Source: Balanoglossus misakiensis
Lineage: Eukaryota > Animalia > Hemichordata
Direction of reading: 5' to 3'
NCBI GenBank assembly: GCA_040954595.2
Contig: JBECUI020000036.1
Location: 106,860-170,859, forward strand
DNA length: 64,000 nucleotides
Shown: positions 41,045-51,097 of the stretch, in pieces
Numbering within the stretch: the first letter of the stretch is position 1
Layout of the letters: every line of letters starts with the position of its first letter
The notes under the pieces: model-generated
Database searches by the model: none
Told to the model about the DNA's origin: nothing
Seen by the model: the letters and a program-made list of their open reading frames with translations, nothing else
Program-made: the position numbers and the translations under genes

Positions 41045-42023
41045 TGTATTCTTCCTTAATGTAACGCCAACAAGATACGCTGCGATCTTTCTTTACTTCT
41101 ACCTTTGTCGGATATTGACGTTTGCAGATGTCACGTACGTATTCACAACGTGGATAAAACGGGCATGCTTCCGGTAAATTAATAAGTGTTGGCGGCTGCC
41201 CCGGAATAGAATATAGTTCATTCTGATCGTCAGCATCTACCCTTGGTAAGGATTTAAGCAGTCCCTGACTATACGGATGGAGGGGATCGGCGAATATATC
41301 ATCAACAGATGATCGCTCAACAAGCTTCCCCGCATACATTACATGAACTTGATCGCAGATGTTTGCCACAACCCCGAGATCATGTGTAATAAGAATAACT
41401 GATGTCCCCAGGCGTTGAACCATATCCTTGATGAGCTCCAGTATCTGTGCCTGTATAGTAACATCCAAAGCAGTTGTTGGCTCGTCGGCAATAAGAACCT
41501 CAGGGTTGCAGGAAAGGGCAATCGCAATAACAATACGCTGGCGCATTCCCCCTGAAAACTGATGCGGATAGTCATTAATGCGCCGTTCCGGTGATGGAAT
41601 ACCGACCATACGGAGTAAGTCAACCGCTCTTTTAGAAGCTACCGACTTGCTAACCTGTTCATGGAGACAAATCATCTCTGTAATTTGAGTGGATACCCGA
41701 AGAAAGGGATTTAATGATGTCATAGGGTCTTGAAAAACCATGGATATTTTTGCTCCACGAATCTTCCGCATATCGTTTTCCGGCATGCTTAATATATTCT
41801 GACCGCCAAATAATACCGAGCCGGAAGTAATTATGCCTTTCGCCCTGGGAAAGAGCCGCATAATCGACAAGGCGGTTACTGACTTTCCACTTCCCGACTC
41901 CCCTACCAACCCGAGCACTTCCTTCTTCCGCAGCACAAAATCAACCCCATCAACCGCTTTAACAATGCCGTCATCCGTTTGGAAATGCGTACTTAACTGC
42001 TTTACTTGTAAAACTGCTTCCAT
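41037..42023 (-). CDS. oppD: Oligopeptide ABC ATPase
   Basis: [37 protein letters not shown]. Confidence 0.93.
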   Translation of the reverse strand: MEAVLQVKQLSTHFQTDDGIVKAVDGVDFVLRKKEVLGLVGESGSGKSVTALSIMRLFPRAKGIITSGSVLFGGQNILSMPENDMRKIRGAKISMVFQDPMTSLNPFLRVSTQITEMICLHEQVSKSVASKRAVDLLRMVGIPSPERRINDYPHQFSGGMRQRIVIAIALSCNPEVLIADEPTTALDVTIQAQILELIKDMVQRLGTSVILITHDLGVVANICDQVHVMYAGKLVERSSVDDIFADPLHPYSQGLLKSLPRVDADDQNELYSIPGQPPTLINLPEACPFYPRCEYVRDICKRQYPTKVEVKKDRSVSCWRYIKEEYNA

Positions 42024-42025
42024 TA

Positions 42026-43108
42026 TTACACCACGTACTTGCTTTTCGGATCGAAGGCATCGCGTAGACCGTCGCCGAGAAAATTCATTGATAACAAAAA
42101 GAGAGACATAACAAGCGCCGGAAAAAACAATCGCCACGGTGCCACAGTCATGGCATCAACTGCATCCCCAATTAGGGTACCCCATGAAGCAAAGGGTGCC
42201 GACAGCCCAAGACCCAAAAATGACAAGAATGCTTCCTGAAGAATGAAGGTCGGAACGCGTAATGTCGTAAAAACAATAATAATGCCAAGCACATTCGGTA
42301 ATAAATGCCTGAGAATTATACGAAAGGGACTAAGCCCAATGCTGCGTGCTGCCTCGATAAATTCATGGTTCTTCATTGATATAATCTGACCACGGATAAT
42401 TCGTGCTGCGGTCAACCAACTGATGAGTGCAAGCGCAAAGAAGACATTGACAATACTTGATCCAAAAAAAGTAACAAAGATAATAACTAATAACATGTAA
42501 GGCAAGCCATACATGACATTAATGATCGTCATAATAACACTATCGATCTTGCCACCGAAATAGCCGGCAATGGAGCCAAATATAATTCCAATGAAGATGG
42601 ATGTTATGCTCCCTACTACCCCCACCGCAACCGACACTTGGCTCCCGTAGATAATGCGGCTGAGCATGTCACGCCCGAGATAATCCGTGCCCATAATATA
42701 GTTGACCTCATGTGTCTTGATAACCTTCCCGTCAATGGTCATTTCATCTGTTTGTATTCTGTTGAGAATTACCTGGAGTTTTTGCTCCTCCGCCTCCGTC
42801 ATTGTTTCCCGTGCTGCGTTTTCCATTACTTGCATAATATAAGCATGCTCTCGCTCATACCACAATTCACCTGCACTCTTAAAAATGCTGGGCGGCAAAT
42901 CTCTGTGCTCAGGGACTTGAAGTCGATAGGAGCGAATAGGTAATACCGGGGCAAAGAGTGCTATTAATACATATAGTACAATAATAATTAAACCAAATAT
43001 CGCCAACTTGTTCTTTCGCAAACGCCGAAAGGCATCTCTTGTTGGTGATATTGCTTCCTGCTCAAAAACATCTTTTGTCGTTGTTAACTCTTTCATAAAT
43101 CTGTTCAA
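42026..43108 (-). CDS. oppC: Oligopeptide ABC permease
   Basis: RRLRKNKLA, MGTDYLGRD, EAARSIG, GDGLRDAFDP. Confidence 0.93.
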   Translation of the reverse strand: MNRFMKELTTTKDVFEQEAISPTRDAFRRLRKNKLAIFGLIIIVLYVLIALFAPVLPIRSYRLQVPEHRDLPPSIFKSAGELWYEREHAYIMQVMENAARETMTEAEEQKLQVILNRIQTDEMTIDGKVIKTHEVNYIMGTDYLGRDMLSRIIYGSQVSVAVGVVGSITSIFIGIIFGSIAGYFGGKIDSVIMTIINVMYGLPYMLLVIIFVTFFGSSIVNVFFALALISWLTAARIIRGQIISMKNHEFIEAARSIGLSPFRIILRHLLPNVLGIIIVFTTLRVPTFILQEAFLSFLGLGLSAPFASWGTLIGDAVDAMTVAPWRLFFPALVMSLFLLSMNFLGDGLRDAFDPKSKYVV

Positions 43109-44038
43109 CTAGTCGTAACGAATACGAGGATCAAGCATTCCATATAGGATATCTACTATAAAATTTACTAGTATTAATAATACCGAATATACAACCACAA
43201 TCCCGAGAATAAGGGTATAATCCCTGTTAAATGCGGATTGTACAAAAAATTTGCCAAGCCCCGGAATGCGAAATATAGATTCCACAACCACCGAACTGGT
43301 TATCATGGCCGCAAAAGCAGGTCCCGTATAACTGATGACCGGCACTAAGGTTCCTTTTAGTGTATGTCGGTAGAGGATCTGCTTCATTGAGAGCCCCTTT
43401 GCCCGTGCCATACGGATAAAATCACTTTGTAATATTTCTACTACGCTTGCCCGAGTTAACCGGGCAATATACGCCATAGTAACCAAGCAGAGCGTGAGAA
43501 CAGGCATTATTAACGTGCTCCACCCGAATCGTGTATCAATCCAACCTGAGGTCGGCAACCAATGCAACTGTATTGCAAATATATAGACCAAAATAGGGCC
43601 CACCACAAAGAGAGGAATTGATATGCCCAGTACGGTTCCTACCATAAGGAAGTAATCGATAGAAGTGTTTTTATGATATGCCGCCACCATGCCCGCAGGG
43701 ACTCCAATGCCTAATGAAAGACATAGGGCTAACAAGGAAAGCAACATCGACGGTCCTAATCCAGCAATAACTAACTCGTTAACACTGAGATTTTGATAAC
43801 GATATGAGGGACCAAGATCGCCAACAAGTAATGAACCGATATACCGGAAGTATTGCATTACCAACGGTTCATCAAAATGATATTTTTGTTCAATGTTCTT
43901 TAATACTGCCTCCGGGAGGGAACGCTCACGATCAAAGGGCCCCCCCGGTGCTATCCGAATAATAAAAAAACTAACGGTAGCAATAATAAGCAATGTCGGA
44001 ACCAGTCCCAACAAACGCCGTATGCAGTACTGTACCAT
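43109..44038 (-). CDS. oppB: Oligopeptide ABC permease
   Basis: APGGPF, GDLGPS, ARAKGL, LDPRIRY. Confidence 0.95.
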   Translation of the reverse strand: MVQYCIRRLLGLVPTLLIIATVSFFIIRIAPGGPFDRERSLPEAVLKNIEQKYHFDEPLVMQYFRYIGSLLVGDLGPSYRYQNLSVNELVIAGLGPSMLLSLLALCLSLGIGVPAGMVAAYHKNTSIDYFLMVGTVLGISIPLFVVGPILVYIFAIQLHWLPTSGWIDTRFGWSTLIMPVLTLCLVTMAYIARLTRASVVEILQSDFIRMARAKGLSMKQILYRHTLKGTLVPVISYTGPAFAAMITSSVVVESIFRIPGLGKFFVQSAFNRDYTLILGIVVVYSVLLILVNFIVDILYGMLDPRIRYD

Positions 44039-44079
44039 AAACTATATCAGGCAATCCAGCGGATTGCATTTTCCTTTCG

Positions 44080-45646
44080 TTAGTTTACAGCACCTACAGG
44101 ATGGTAATCCATAACATTGGTGTACCAGCCCCGCCATGTAGTAGCGTCGAGAAGATTCTTCGATACGTAGTAATAAATCGGCATTATTGCTGCATCCTCT
44201 TCTATGAGCAAGCGCTCAGCATCTGCCAGTATTGCTGCACGTTCGGGACCATCTGGAAGACGGTTGGCACGACTGAGAATTGTATCGTACTGCTGATTAG
44301 CAATAACGACCACCGTTCATAGCTCCACCAGTAACAAACATGTCTAGGAAAGTGTTCGGATCGGGATAATCTCCTACCCAACCGGCACGGACAATATTAA
44401 AGTCTCCCTGACGACGAGTATTCAAATATACACCCCATTCTTGATTCTGTAACTCAATCTCGATACCGAGATTATCAAACCATTGCTGCTGTATGAACTC
44501 GGCAATAGATTTGTGATTTTCACTGGTATTGTATAACAATTCCAACTTCGGAAATCCTGCTCCATCAGGATATCCTGCCTCGGCAAGTAATCTCTGTGCT
44601 TCAGTAACATCCTCTTGATGCCCAGTAATGCCCTCATATCCTGCCATGGGAGGGACAATTGCATACGCGGGTGTTTGCCCCGCACGAATAACAACATCAA
44701 TCAGCAGTTGTCGATCAATAGAGTAACTCAAAGCTTTGCGAACACGGGCATCGTTTAATGGTGCCACTTGTGTCTGAAAAACATAATAATACGTCGCTAA
44801 CTGCGGAACTGAGTGATAATCCGCTCGGAATTTTATTTCCTCTATCCGTGAATCCGGATAATCCACACTCCAATCAACCTCGTTGTTAGTATACATGTTA
44901 TACATAACCGTTTGCTCTTCAACCGGTAAAAATACTACCCTACTGAGAGTTACTTTAGCACTATCCCAATACTGTGGGTTTGGCTCTAGTGTAATATTCT
45001 TTTGTACTTCCCAGTTGGTAAGAACAAAGGGCCCGTTCCCTACAAAGTTCTCGGGCTTGACCCAATCTGACCCAAATTTTTCCACTGTATGCATGGGCAC
45101 GACTGCAAAGGCATAGTGCGTTAAAGCATTCAGTGCATACGGAAGAGGACCGATTGTTTCAAACTGAAACGTGCGATCATCCAGTGCACGAACCTGTAAT
45201 GCTTCTACTCCTGCCTCGCCACTGTTAAATGCTTCCGCACCTTTCAAAAACATGGAAGGAAACCATGCATAAGGGGCTGCTGTCGCCGGATCTAAAATAC
45301 GCTGCCAACTCGCAACAAAGTCATGTGCGGTTATGGGAACACCATCGCTCCATGTTGTATCACGGAGGGTAAAGGTGTACACTGTACCGTCATCACTAAT
45401 AGTCCAACTCTCGGCTACGCCGGGTACTGCTAATGCAGTCTCAGGATCGACGTTCACTAAGCCTTCATACAAACCCATAGCAATACGATGTTCGGGTACT
45501 CCACTCATTAAATGAGGATCAAGGGTTTCGGGTTCGGTTCCGTTTACTACGGAAAATCCACGTCCCCCTGCCTCAGACTGACCACCTGCCATTAATGGTA
45601 GTGCTACTAACAATAACAAGATACAAAGAAAATGTTTTCGTACCAT
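44080..45646 (-). CDS. oppA: Oligopeptide-binding protein, split by a +1 frameshift near 44303
   Basis: EPETLDP, WSDGVPITAHDF, NGPF, RAGWVGDYPDP. Removing one base gives GGRYANQQYD...AERLLIEEDAAIMPIYYY. Confidence 0.9.
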
Positions 45647-45737
45647 ATTTCCCCCTTTCATTAATATAATGAACATATAATGATGTCATAATACTATTGA
45701 CTATGTCAACCCATAATAAATAATATTCAGAATTCAC

Positions 45738-45766
45738 TTGACGAAACGCTATGTACACCCTATCAT
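45738..45766 (+). promoter_or_regulatory. sigma70 promoter of tRNA-Ala
   Basis: TTGACG-17-TATCAT, 10 nt before the tRNA. Confidence 0.65.
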
Positions 45767-45776
45767 TATATGAACA

Positions 45777-45850
45777 GGGGGTGTAGCTCAGCTGGCTAGA
45801 GTACTTGAATGGCATTCAAGGGGTCACGGGTTCAAGTCCCGTCACCTCCA
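45777..45850 (+). tRNA. tRNA-Ala(GGC)
   Basis: Acceptor GGGGGTG/CACCTCC with G3:U70; anticodon arm CTTGA-ATGGCAT-TCAAG; T arm ACGGG-TTCAAGT-CCCGT; discriminator A; CCA not encoded. Confidence 0.96.
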
Positions 45851-45880
45851 CTGGCAAATAAACCATTAAGGGTAAACATC

Positions 45881-47488
45881 ATGGGTGCAACAAATAATAT
45901 CGATATTAGTGACTTACTACAGGATCTGGAATTACCCCAGGAACAAGCAGAACCAAAGGCCACTGCTACGAATGCAGTGCCTGATGGCGCTCAAGAAGAA
46001 CAACAGGAAGGATTTCAGAAGGTGGCTCCGACATTTGTTTCCGGGCAAAATCTTTTTGCTGAACAAGATTACGTGCAATCCTGTATACAGGGCGAAGAGG
46101 CGGGAGAAACTATCTGGAATACTATTAAGAAATTTGTCCAGACTGAAGACACAGACACTCGATCAAAACTTCGCGGATTGATTATTGGTCAGTACTGGCA
46201 ATTACTGGAATTGATTGCTAAGAAAGTAAATACCGAAAATTTTTCTACAGCAAAGAAATTATTCATTCGCTTTGGTATGATATCACCAAGTCTCGTATCC
46301 GAAGAACAACAACAAATTTTATCCAGCACCCGCATGGATACATTGCCTGACAACTTGATCTATTACCTCGATGAATGGTTTGCTGCTATTTCACAGAACA
46401 AGGTTACTCCCTCTACCTTAAACGAACTTGATGAAATCGTTGATAAGAAAAAAACAGCACAGGGCAATTTACTTGAAAAACTGGAATCACAGGCTGATAC
46501 GAATATACTTCAAATTAAAAATCAAAATGAACGCATACAGCAGATTCTTAGTAATGTGCAGAATCATGTATCAATGCTGAAAGAACGAGAACCAAGCATC
46601 GACACGCATGGAGAACTGCACCCGTTTACCGAACAGCAACGGCGATTGATTGCCGAATTTGCTCCTATGATGCGAGAATTGTCGGCAGCAAACCGCATAT
46701 TAACAACTTGTTTTGCCGAACTGTCCCAGGTGCAAAAAAGAATGTCGTCGGTTGAACAGAAAACAGGTGACGGTTCAGATCAAAAGTCAACAGTTACACT
46801 TCGCCCACAATTAGCAGGACGAGAAGCAACAACAATGCGCCAAATGGTAAAACTCTGCGTCGGACGAACGGGAAATCATTTTCCTATTCTATTTAAGTCG
46901 TATTTTCAGCCTATCCAAAACCAGCTGGGGATTCGGGAAAACGTCAATAATATCTTGGCTGAAGCAGAAAAACTTGATCCCGATCTTTTTACGTATACAT
47001 TCCGGAGCATAACTCGTCGGAACGCACCCTATTTCATTCTCGTACCAAGTTATGGGAACCGCGGTATATGTTGGGAGGCGTTTGAACGGAGAAATCGAGC
47101 AAACAGTAAAGGAAGAATCGTCATTCCTATGTATCCGCGCGATCTAAAAATTGCAGTTGTCGCAGGACTCGGAGAATTGCGCTGGCAGATGGCAAAAAAC
47201 CAAGCCTCTCGTTTTTGGATGGAAGAAGGTTTGACTGGTTGGTACTACGATTATTACACAAAGGAAAAATTAAAGGGCGATATACAGGAACACTTCGTGC
47301 GAGACTACATTGTGTGGATAACAAAAGAAAGCACTGCTACCCAACAACTGAATCAAGAAGTCCGTGACATCTTTTGGCGATACATTCCCTTTCCTCAAAC
47401 ACTAAAGGAAAAACTGAAGAATCAGGGTTATGTATACCAACAACTGTACAAAAAAGACCAGAATCGTGCTACGTCCTCTATGTACTAG
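45881..47488 (+). CDS. Hypothetical protein resembling a spirochaete-conserved family
   Basis: Long ORF, ATG 45881; RQMVKLCVGRTGNHFPIL, LVPSYGNRGICWE and WMEEGLTG look like conserved blocks. Confidence 0.75.
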   Translation: MGATNNIDISDLLQDLELPQEQAEPKATATNAVPDGAQEEQQEGFQKVAPTFVSGQNLFAEQDYVQSCIQGEEAGETIWNTIKKFVQTEDTDTRSKLRGLIIGQYWQLLELIAKKVNTENFSTAKKLFIRFGMISPSLVSEEQQQILSSTRMDTLPDNLIYYLDEWFAAISQNKVTPSTLNELDEIVDKKKTAQGNLLEKLESQADTNILQIKNQNERIQQILSNVQNHVSMLKEREPSIDTHGELHPFTEQQRRLIAEFAPMMRELSAANRILTTCFAELSQVQKRMSSVEQKTGDGSDQKSTVTLRPQLAGREATTMRQMVKLCVGRTGNHFPILFKSYFQPIQNQLGIRENVNNILAEAEKLDPDLFTYTFRSITRRNAPYFILVPSYGNRGICWEAFERRNRANSKGRIVIPMYPRDLKIAVVAGLGELRWQMAKNQASRFWMEEGLTGWYYDYYTKEKLKGDIQEHFVRDYIVWITKESTATQQLNQEVRDIFWRYIPFPQTLKEKLKNQGYVYQQLYKKDQNRATSSMY

Positions 47489-47526
47489 GAACTTGGATTC
47501 TGCCTTTTCAGCATTGCTTGGTTCTT

Positions 47527-47778
47527 CTAGCGAAAAAATTTCCCAAAGTCAATACGCTTGGACAGCATACTGACCAGTTTTTTGTATACAAAGTACGTTA
47601 CAAAAACCGATAGGGCAAACATTAATAGAAAAACAATTTGATTAACAACGATCGATGACTGCCTTGCAAACAGGAAAAAGAACGGCAAATACAACAAAAC
47701 CATAACAATAGCCATAATAACTATGTTTGCTAGTGTTGCCGCTATAATAAACAAAATAGTATTGAATGTCTTATTCAT
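47527..47778 (-). CDS. Small two-TM protein downstream of lspA
   Basis: 83 aa, two hydrophobic helices, overlaps the lspA end. Confidence 0.7.
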   Translation of the reverse strand: MNKTFNTILFIIAATLANIVIMAIVMVLLYLPFFFLFARQSSIVVNQIVFLLMFALSVFVTYFVYKKLVSMLSKRIDFGKFFR

Positions 47779-48385
47779 CTTTTACCCCATCGGCATTCAC
47801 TGTATTAATCTCCTGCTTCTTGTGCGAAAAAAAGAGATTATTAAGAAGGAATAACATCCCACTCACAACAATACATGCATCTGCCATATTGAAGGTAGGC
47901 CACCATTGCGAACCGAACAATCCGTAGACCCGGACATCAACAAAATCCAGAACTCCACCCGAGCGAAAAATTCTGTCGAATACATTCCCAAGTCCCCCAC
48001 CAATGATAATCGAAATATAAATGCGCTGACGTGAAGAAAAGTCATGGCCAAATATGAGGTAAATAAACAGGGCAGCTAACATGGCAATGGGAGCAAAAAT
48101 GGTAAGAAGGAATCTCCATAATTCGGGCAGGTCCTTGCCGATGCCGAATAACAACGCCGGGTTCTTTACATGCACCAGTCGAAGGAAGTCATCAATAATG
48201 TACACGCTGTTTGCACCTCTTCCTTCAGGAATGAAATATGATACTGCTAACTTTGTTGACTGGTCAAAAATAAGTACGAGAGCGATAATAATAAAATATA
48301 GATAGATATTTTTCCTAGAGACCCGTTGGACAATCGATGAATCTTGTCTCAAGGTCTGTATCTCTTCTGATTCTGTCTGCAACAT
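47771..48385 (-). CDS. lspA: Lipoprotein signal peptidase II (start uncertain)
   Basis: DQSTK, GGGLGNVFDR, GVLDF, WPTFNMAD. Confidence 0.93.
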   Translation of the reverse strand: MLQTESEEIQTLRQDSSIVQRVSRKNIYLYFIIIALVLIFDQSTKLAVSYFIPEGRGANSVYIIDDFLRLVHVKNPALLFGIGKDLPELWRFLLTIFAPIAMLAALFIYLIFGHDFSSRQRIYISIIIGGGLGNVFDRIFRSGGVLDFVDVRVYGLFGSQWWPTFNMADACIVVSGMLFLLNNLFFSHKKQEINTVNADGVKDE

Positions 48386-49070
48386 TCTTTACTCCCCAAA
48401 TTTCACTTCGGTAATGCCCCCCGAAAATAACATTGATTTTCTCTTCCTTGCAATAATGATACACCGAATGCGCTGCATCTCCAGTAATAAATGCATCCAC
48501 TCCGGCATCAACAGCATCGGATACCATGGCGGGGGCACCGCCTGAAATAATACCAACGCTGGTAATCTTTTTCGGACCAAAGGGTAGGATCGATAGGGTG
48601 CTTTCGTTAAATATCTTACGGGATAACTCTTCGATACTCAACGGTTCCATCAATCTGCCTTGAACCCCCAATGCTCGCCCGCGGTAGAAACCAAATTCCT
48701 TGCGATCAAGCAATTCAAGAATATCCGCCATTCCCGCATTATTGCCTAACTGCGGATGCTCATCAAGTGGAAGATGACATGCATATAATGCCATATCCTG
48801 CTCAATAAGAAATCGTATCCGTTCATAATGTGTTCCTTCCAGAGCAAGCACCTTGCCCCAAAATAATCCATGATGAACAAATAGGAGATCAGCATTCCAG
48901 TCGGCTGCCTTCTGAAAAACTTCAAGCCCTGCATCGACTGCACATGCAACCCGTTTTAGTTTTGTTTTCTTGCAAGCAACTTGTAGACCGTTTAATCCGC
49001 GGTCAATCTCCCTCATCCCATCAATATCAAATAACGTTCGTATGTACGAATCAAATTCTTTCAAGAGCAC
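48315..49070 (-). CDS. Nif3-like dinuclear metal centre protein
   Basis: NGLQV, FVHHGLFW, HLPLDEHP.LGNN, GGHYRSE; GTG at 49070 lies 6 nt after TTGTCA-17-TATACT. Confidence 0.92.
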   Translation of the reverse strand: MLLKEFDSYIRTLFDIDGMREIDRGLNGLQVACKKTKLKRVACAVDAGLEVFQKAADWNADLLFVHHGLFWGKVLALEGTHYERIRFLIEQDMALYACHLPLDEHPQLGNNAGMADILELLDRKEFGFYRGRALGVQGRLMEPLSIEELSRKIFNESTLSILPFGPKKITSVGIISGGAPAMVSDAVDAGVDAFITGDAAHSVYHYCKEEKINVIFGGHYRSEIWGVKNVADRIRRDTDLETRFIDCPTGL

Positions 49071-49160
49071 TTCAAAAGTATAACAAAACAAAAAAAATAT
49101 GACAAGTTATCTGTACTTGCATACAACACTCGTGTAGTATTGATGGTAACCAGATTTAAT

Positions 49161-49760
49161 ATGAGAAAAACACAGGATTGGTACTTCAAAAAGGCAAAAT
49201 CTGAAGGATATCGCTCAAGAGCGGTGTATAAGATTATAGAAATGCAGAAAGATTTTCGCTTGTTTGAAAAAAATCAACGTATCCTCGATCTTGGTGCCTA
49301 CCCGGGTTCCTGGACGAGCTACCTCGCCGGCATCGTTGGGAAGAACGGACGGGTTGTTGCAGTGGATACTCAAGTAATCACCCCCGACAACATGCCCTCC
49401 TGCTGCCGCTTCATTCAAGCCAATATTACCGATGCATCTACTGAATCTCTCGTTGCCCCCTATGTTCCGTTTCACAGTGTAGTCAGCGATGCTGCCCCTC
49501 AAACCAGCGGAGACCGAATTGTAGATACCGCCCGTTCTCTTGAACTTGCTGATGCTGCTGCAACCCTTGCTCTCTCATTGCTGATGCCGGGGGGACACTG
49601 CATTGTCAAAATTCTGGAAGGAAGTGATCTGCCTGCATTTCTCAACAAACTTCAACTACATTTCCGCCGAGTAAAACGGTATAAGCCGCAGGCAAGTAGA
49701 CGCACATCGTCGGAGATGTACGTCATAGCTATGGACTACCAAAAGGAAGGTAAAACATGA
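49161..49760 (+). CDS. rlmE: 23S rRNA Um2552 methyltransferase
   Basis: GYRSRAVYKI, LDLGAYPGSW, SDAAP, KPQASR.SSEMY. Confidence 0.95.
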   Translation: MRKTQDWYFKKAKSEGYRSRAVYKIIEMQKDFRLFEKNQRILDLGAYPGSWTSYLAGIVGKNGRVVAVDTQVITPDNMPSCCRFIQANITDASTESLVAPYVPFHSVVSDAAPQTSGDRIVDTARSLELADAAATLALSLLMPGGHCIVKILEGSDLPAFLNKLQLHFRRVKRYKPQASRRTSSEMYVIAMDYQKEGKT

Positions 49761-51097
49761 AACAAAAATTCTTATGTTCCCAGTGTAACACGGAACAGGC
49801 AAAATGGTTAGGACGTTGTCCGGTATGCGGAACCTGGAACAGCATTACAGAACAACCTGCATCTACCCCCGAAAAACCGAAGTACAGTGCACCTCAAATA
49901 TTACCGGCTATCACTGAAAGTGAAACACATCAATTCCTTACAAATAACAGCGAGTTCGACCGTATCCTAGGGGGCGGCATGAGCATGGGGGCATCCTTTC
50001 TTATCAGTGGTGATCCTGGTATCGGTAAATCAACGCTCATGCTCCAAATCGCTGCCGGAATTTCTGCAACCGTGCTGTACGTCTCAGGCGAAGAAACTAA
50101 AACTCAAATCTCTATGCGTGCTAAACGACTCGGCATTACCAGTAAGGATATTCATCTTCTCTGCGAGGGTTCTCTTGAAAATATAATCCAGGCGATAGCA
50201 ACTATTCAACCGGATATTATTATTATCGATTCCATTCAAACTGTACAGTCCTCCTCCGTTGCTGGAGTAGTTGGAAATATTAGTCAGGTGAGAAATGCCA
50301 TATACGAATTGACTGCACGCGCTCGGGGCATAGAGGCAACACTCATACTGCTTGCCCATGTTACGAAAGATCGCGATATTGCCGGTCCAAAAATGCTGGA
50401 GCATATTGTCGATACGGTTCTTTTTCTTGAACAAGGTGAAGGGGATATACGTGTGCTCCGAATTATAAAAAATAGACATGGGAACTGCGATGGGATCGGT
50501 CTCTTTACTATGCAAGAAACGGGTTTGCATACAGTAGATGATCCGTCTACAGTTTTTCTAAACAGACGCAAGGGTCCTCCTCCGGCTGGTATTGTTGTTA
50601 CTCCAATTTACGAGGGAAATCGCGTGTTTCTCGTTGAGATTCAAGCACTGAGTACAAGCGGCAATGTTGTCAGTTCCCGGGTATACTCTGATCGGATTGA
50701 TGCTCGAAGGATTTCGAGAATTGCAGCTGTGCTGGAAAAAAACACCCATGTCCGATTGTCCGATAAGGATATATATATTAATGTGGCAGGCGGTATCCGC
50801 ATTAATGATGTTGCTATTGACGCTGCCATCGCACTTGCTCTGTATTCTTCTGCAACTGATCGGGCAGTTTCGGCTAACACCGTTATTACGGGAGAAATCA
50901 GCCTTGCCGGAGAGGTTCGTCCTATTCCCTGGCTACAGCAACGTATCCGTGCCTGCCACGATATGCAGTTCCATCATTGCATTGTGCCGATACATAATAA
51001 ACTGGAAGAGAGCACAGACATGAACATTGTATCAGTGGCAACCATTCAAGAGATACTGCAGACCGTCTTCACACAAGAATCAGAACAACAAGATTGA
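49757..51097 (+). CDS. radA: DNA repair protein RadA/Sms
   Basis: C4 zinc finger, GDPGIGKSTL, IDSIQT, KNRHG, GEISLAGEVR. Confidence 0.95.
   Translation: MKQKFLCSQCNTEQAKWLGRCPVCGTWNSITEQPASTPEKPKYSAPQILPAITESETHQFLTNNSEFDRILGGGMSMGASFLISGDPGIGKSTLMLQIAAGISATVLYVSGEETKTQISMRAKRLGITSKDIHLLCEGSLENIIQAIATIQPDIIIIDSIQTVQSSSVAGVVGNISQVRNAIYELTARARGIEATLILLAHVTKDRDIAGPKMLEHIVDTVLFLEQGEGDIRVLRIIKNRHGNCDGIGLFTMQETGLHTVDDPSTVFLNRRKGPPPAGIVVTPIYEGNRVFLVEIQALSTSGNVVSSRVYSDRIDARRISRIAAVLEKNTHVRLSDKDIYINVAGGIRINDVAIDAAIALALYSSATDRAVSANTVITGEISLAGEVRPIPWLQQRIRACHDMQFHHCIVPIHNKLEESTDMNIVSVATIQEILQTVFTQESEQQD

Noticed and set aside
45777-45850. tRNA as an integration site for a mobile element
   Set aside because: No integrase, and I saw no duplicated tRNA 3' end; the flanks look like core genes.
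45809-45880. N-terminal extension MAFKGSRVQVPSPP of the 559-aa ORF
   Set aside because: It is a translation of the tRNA; ATG 45881 is the plausible start.
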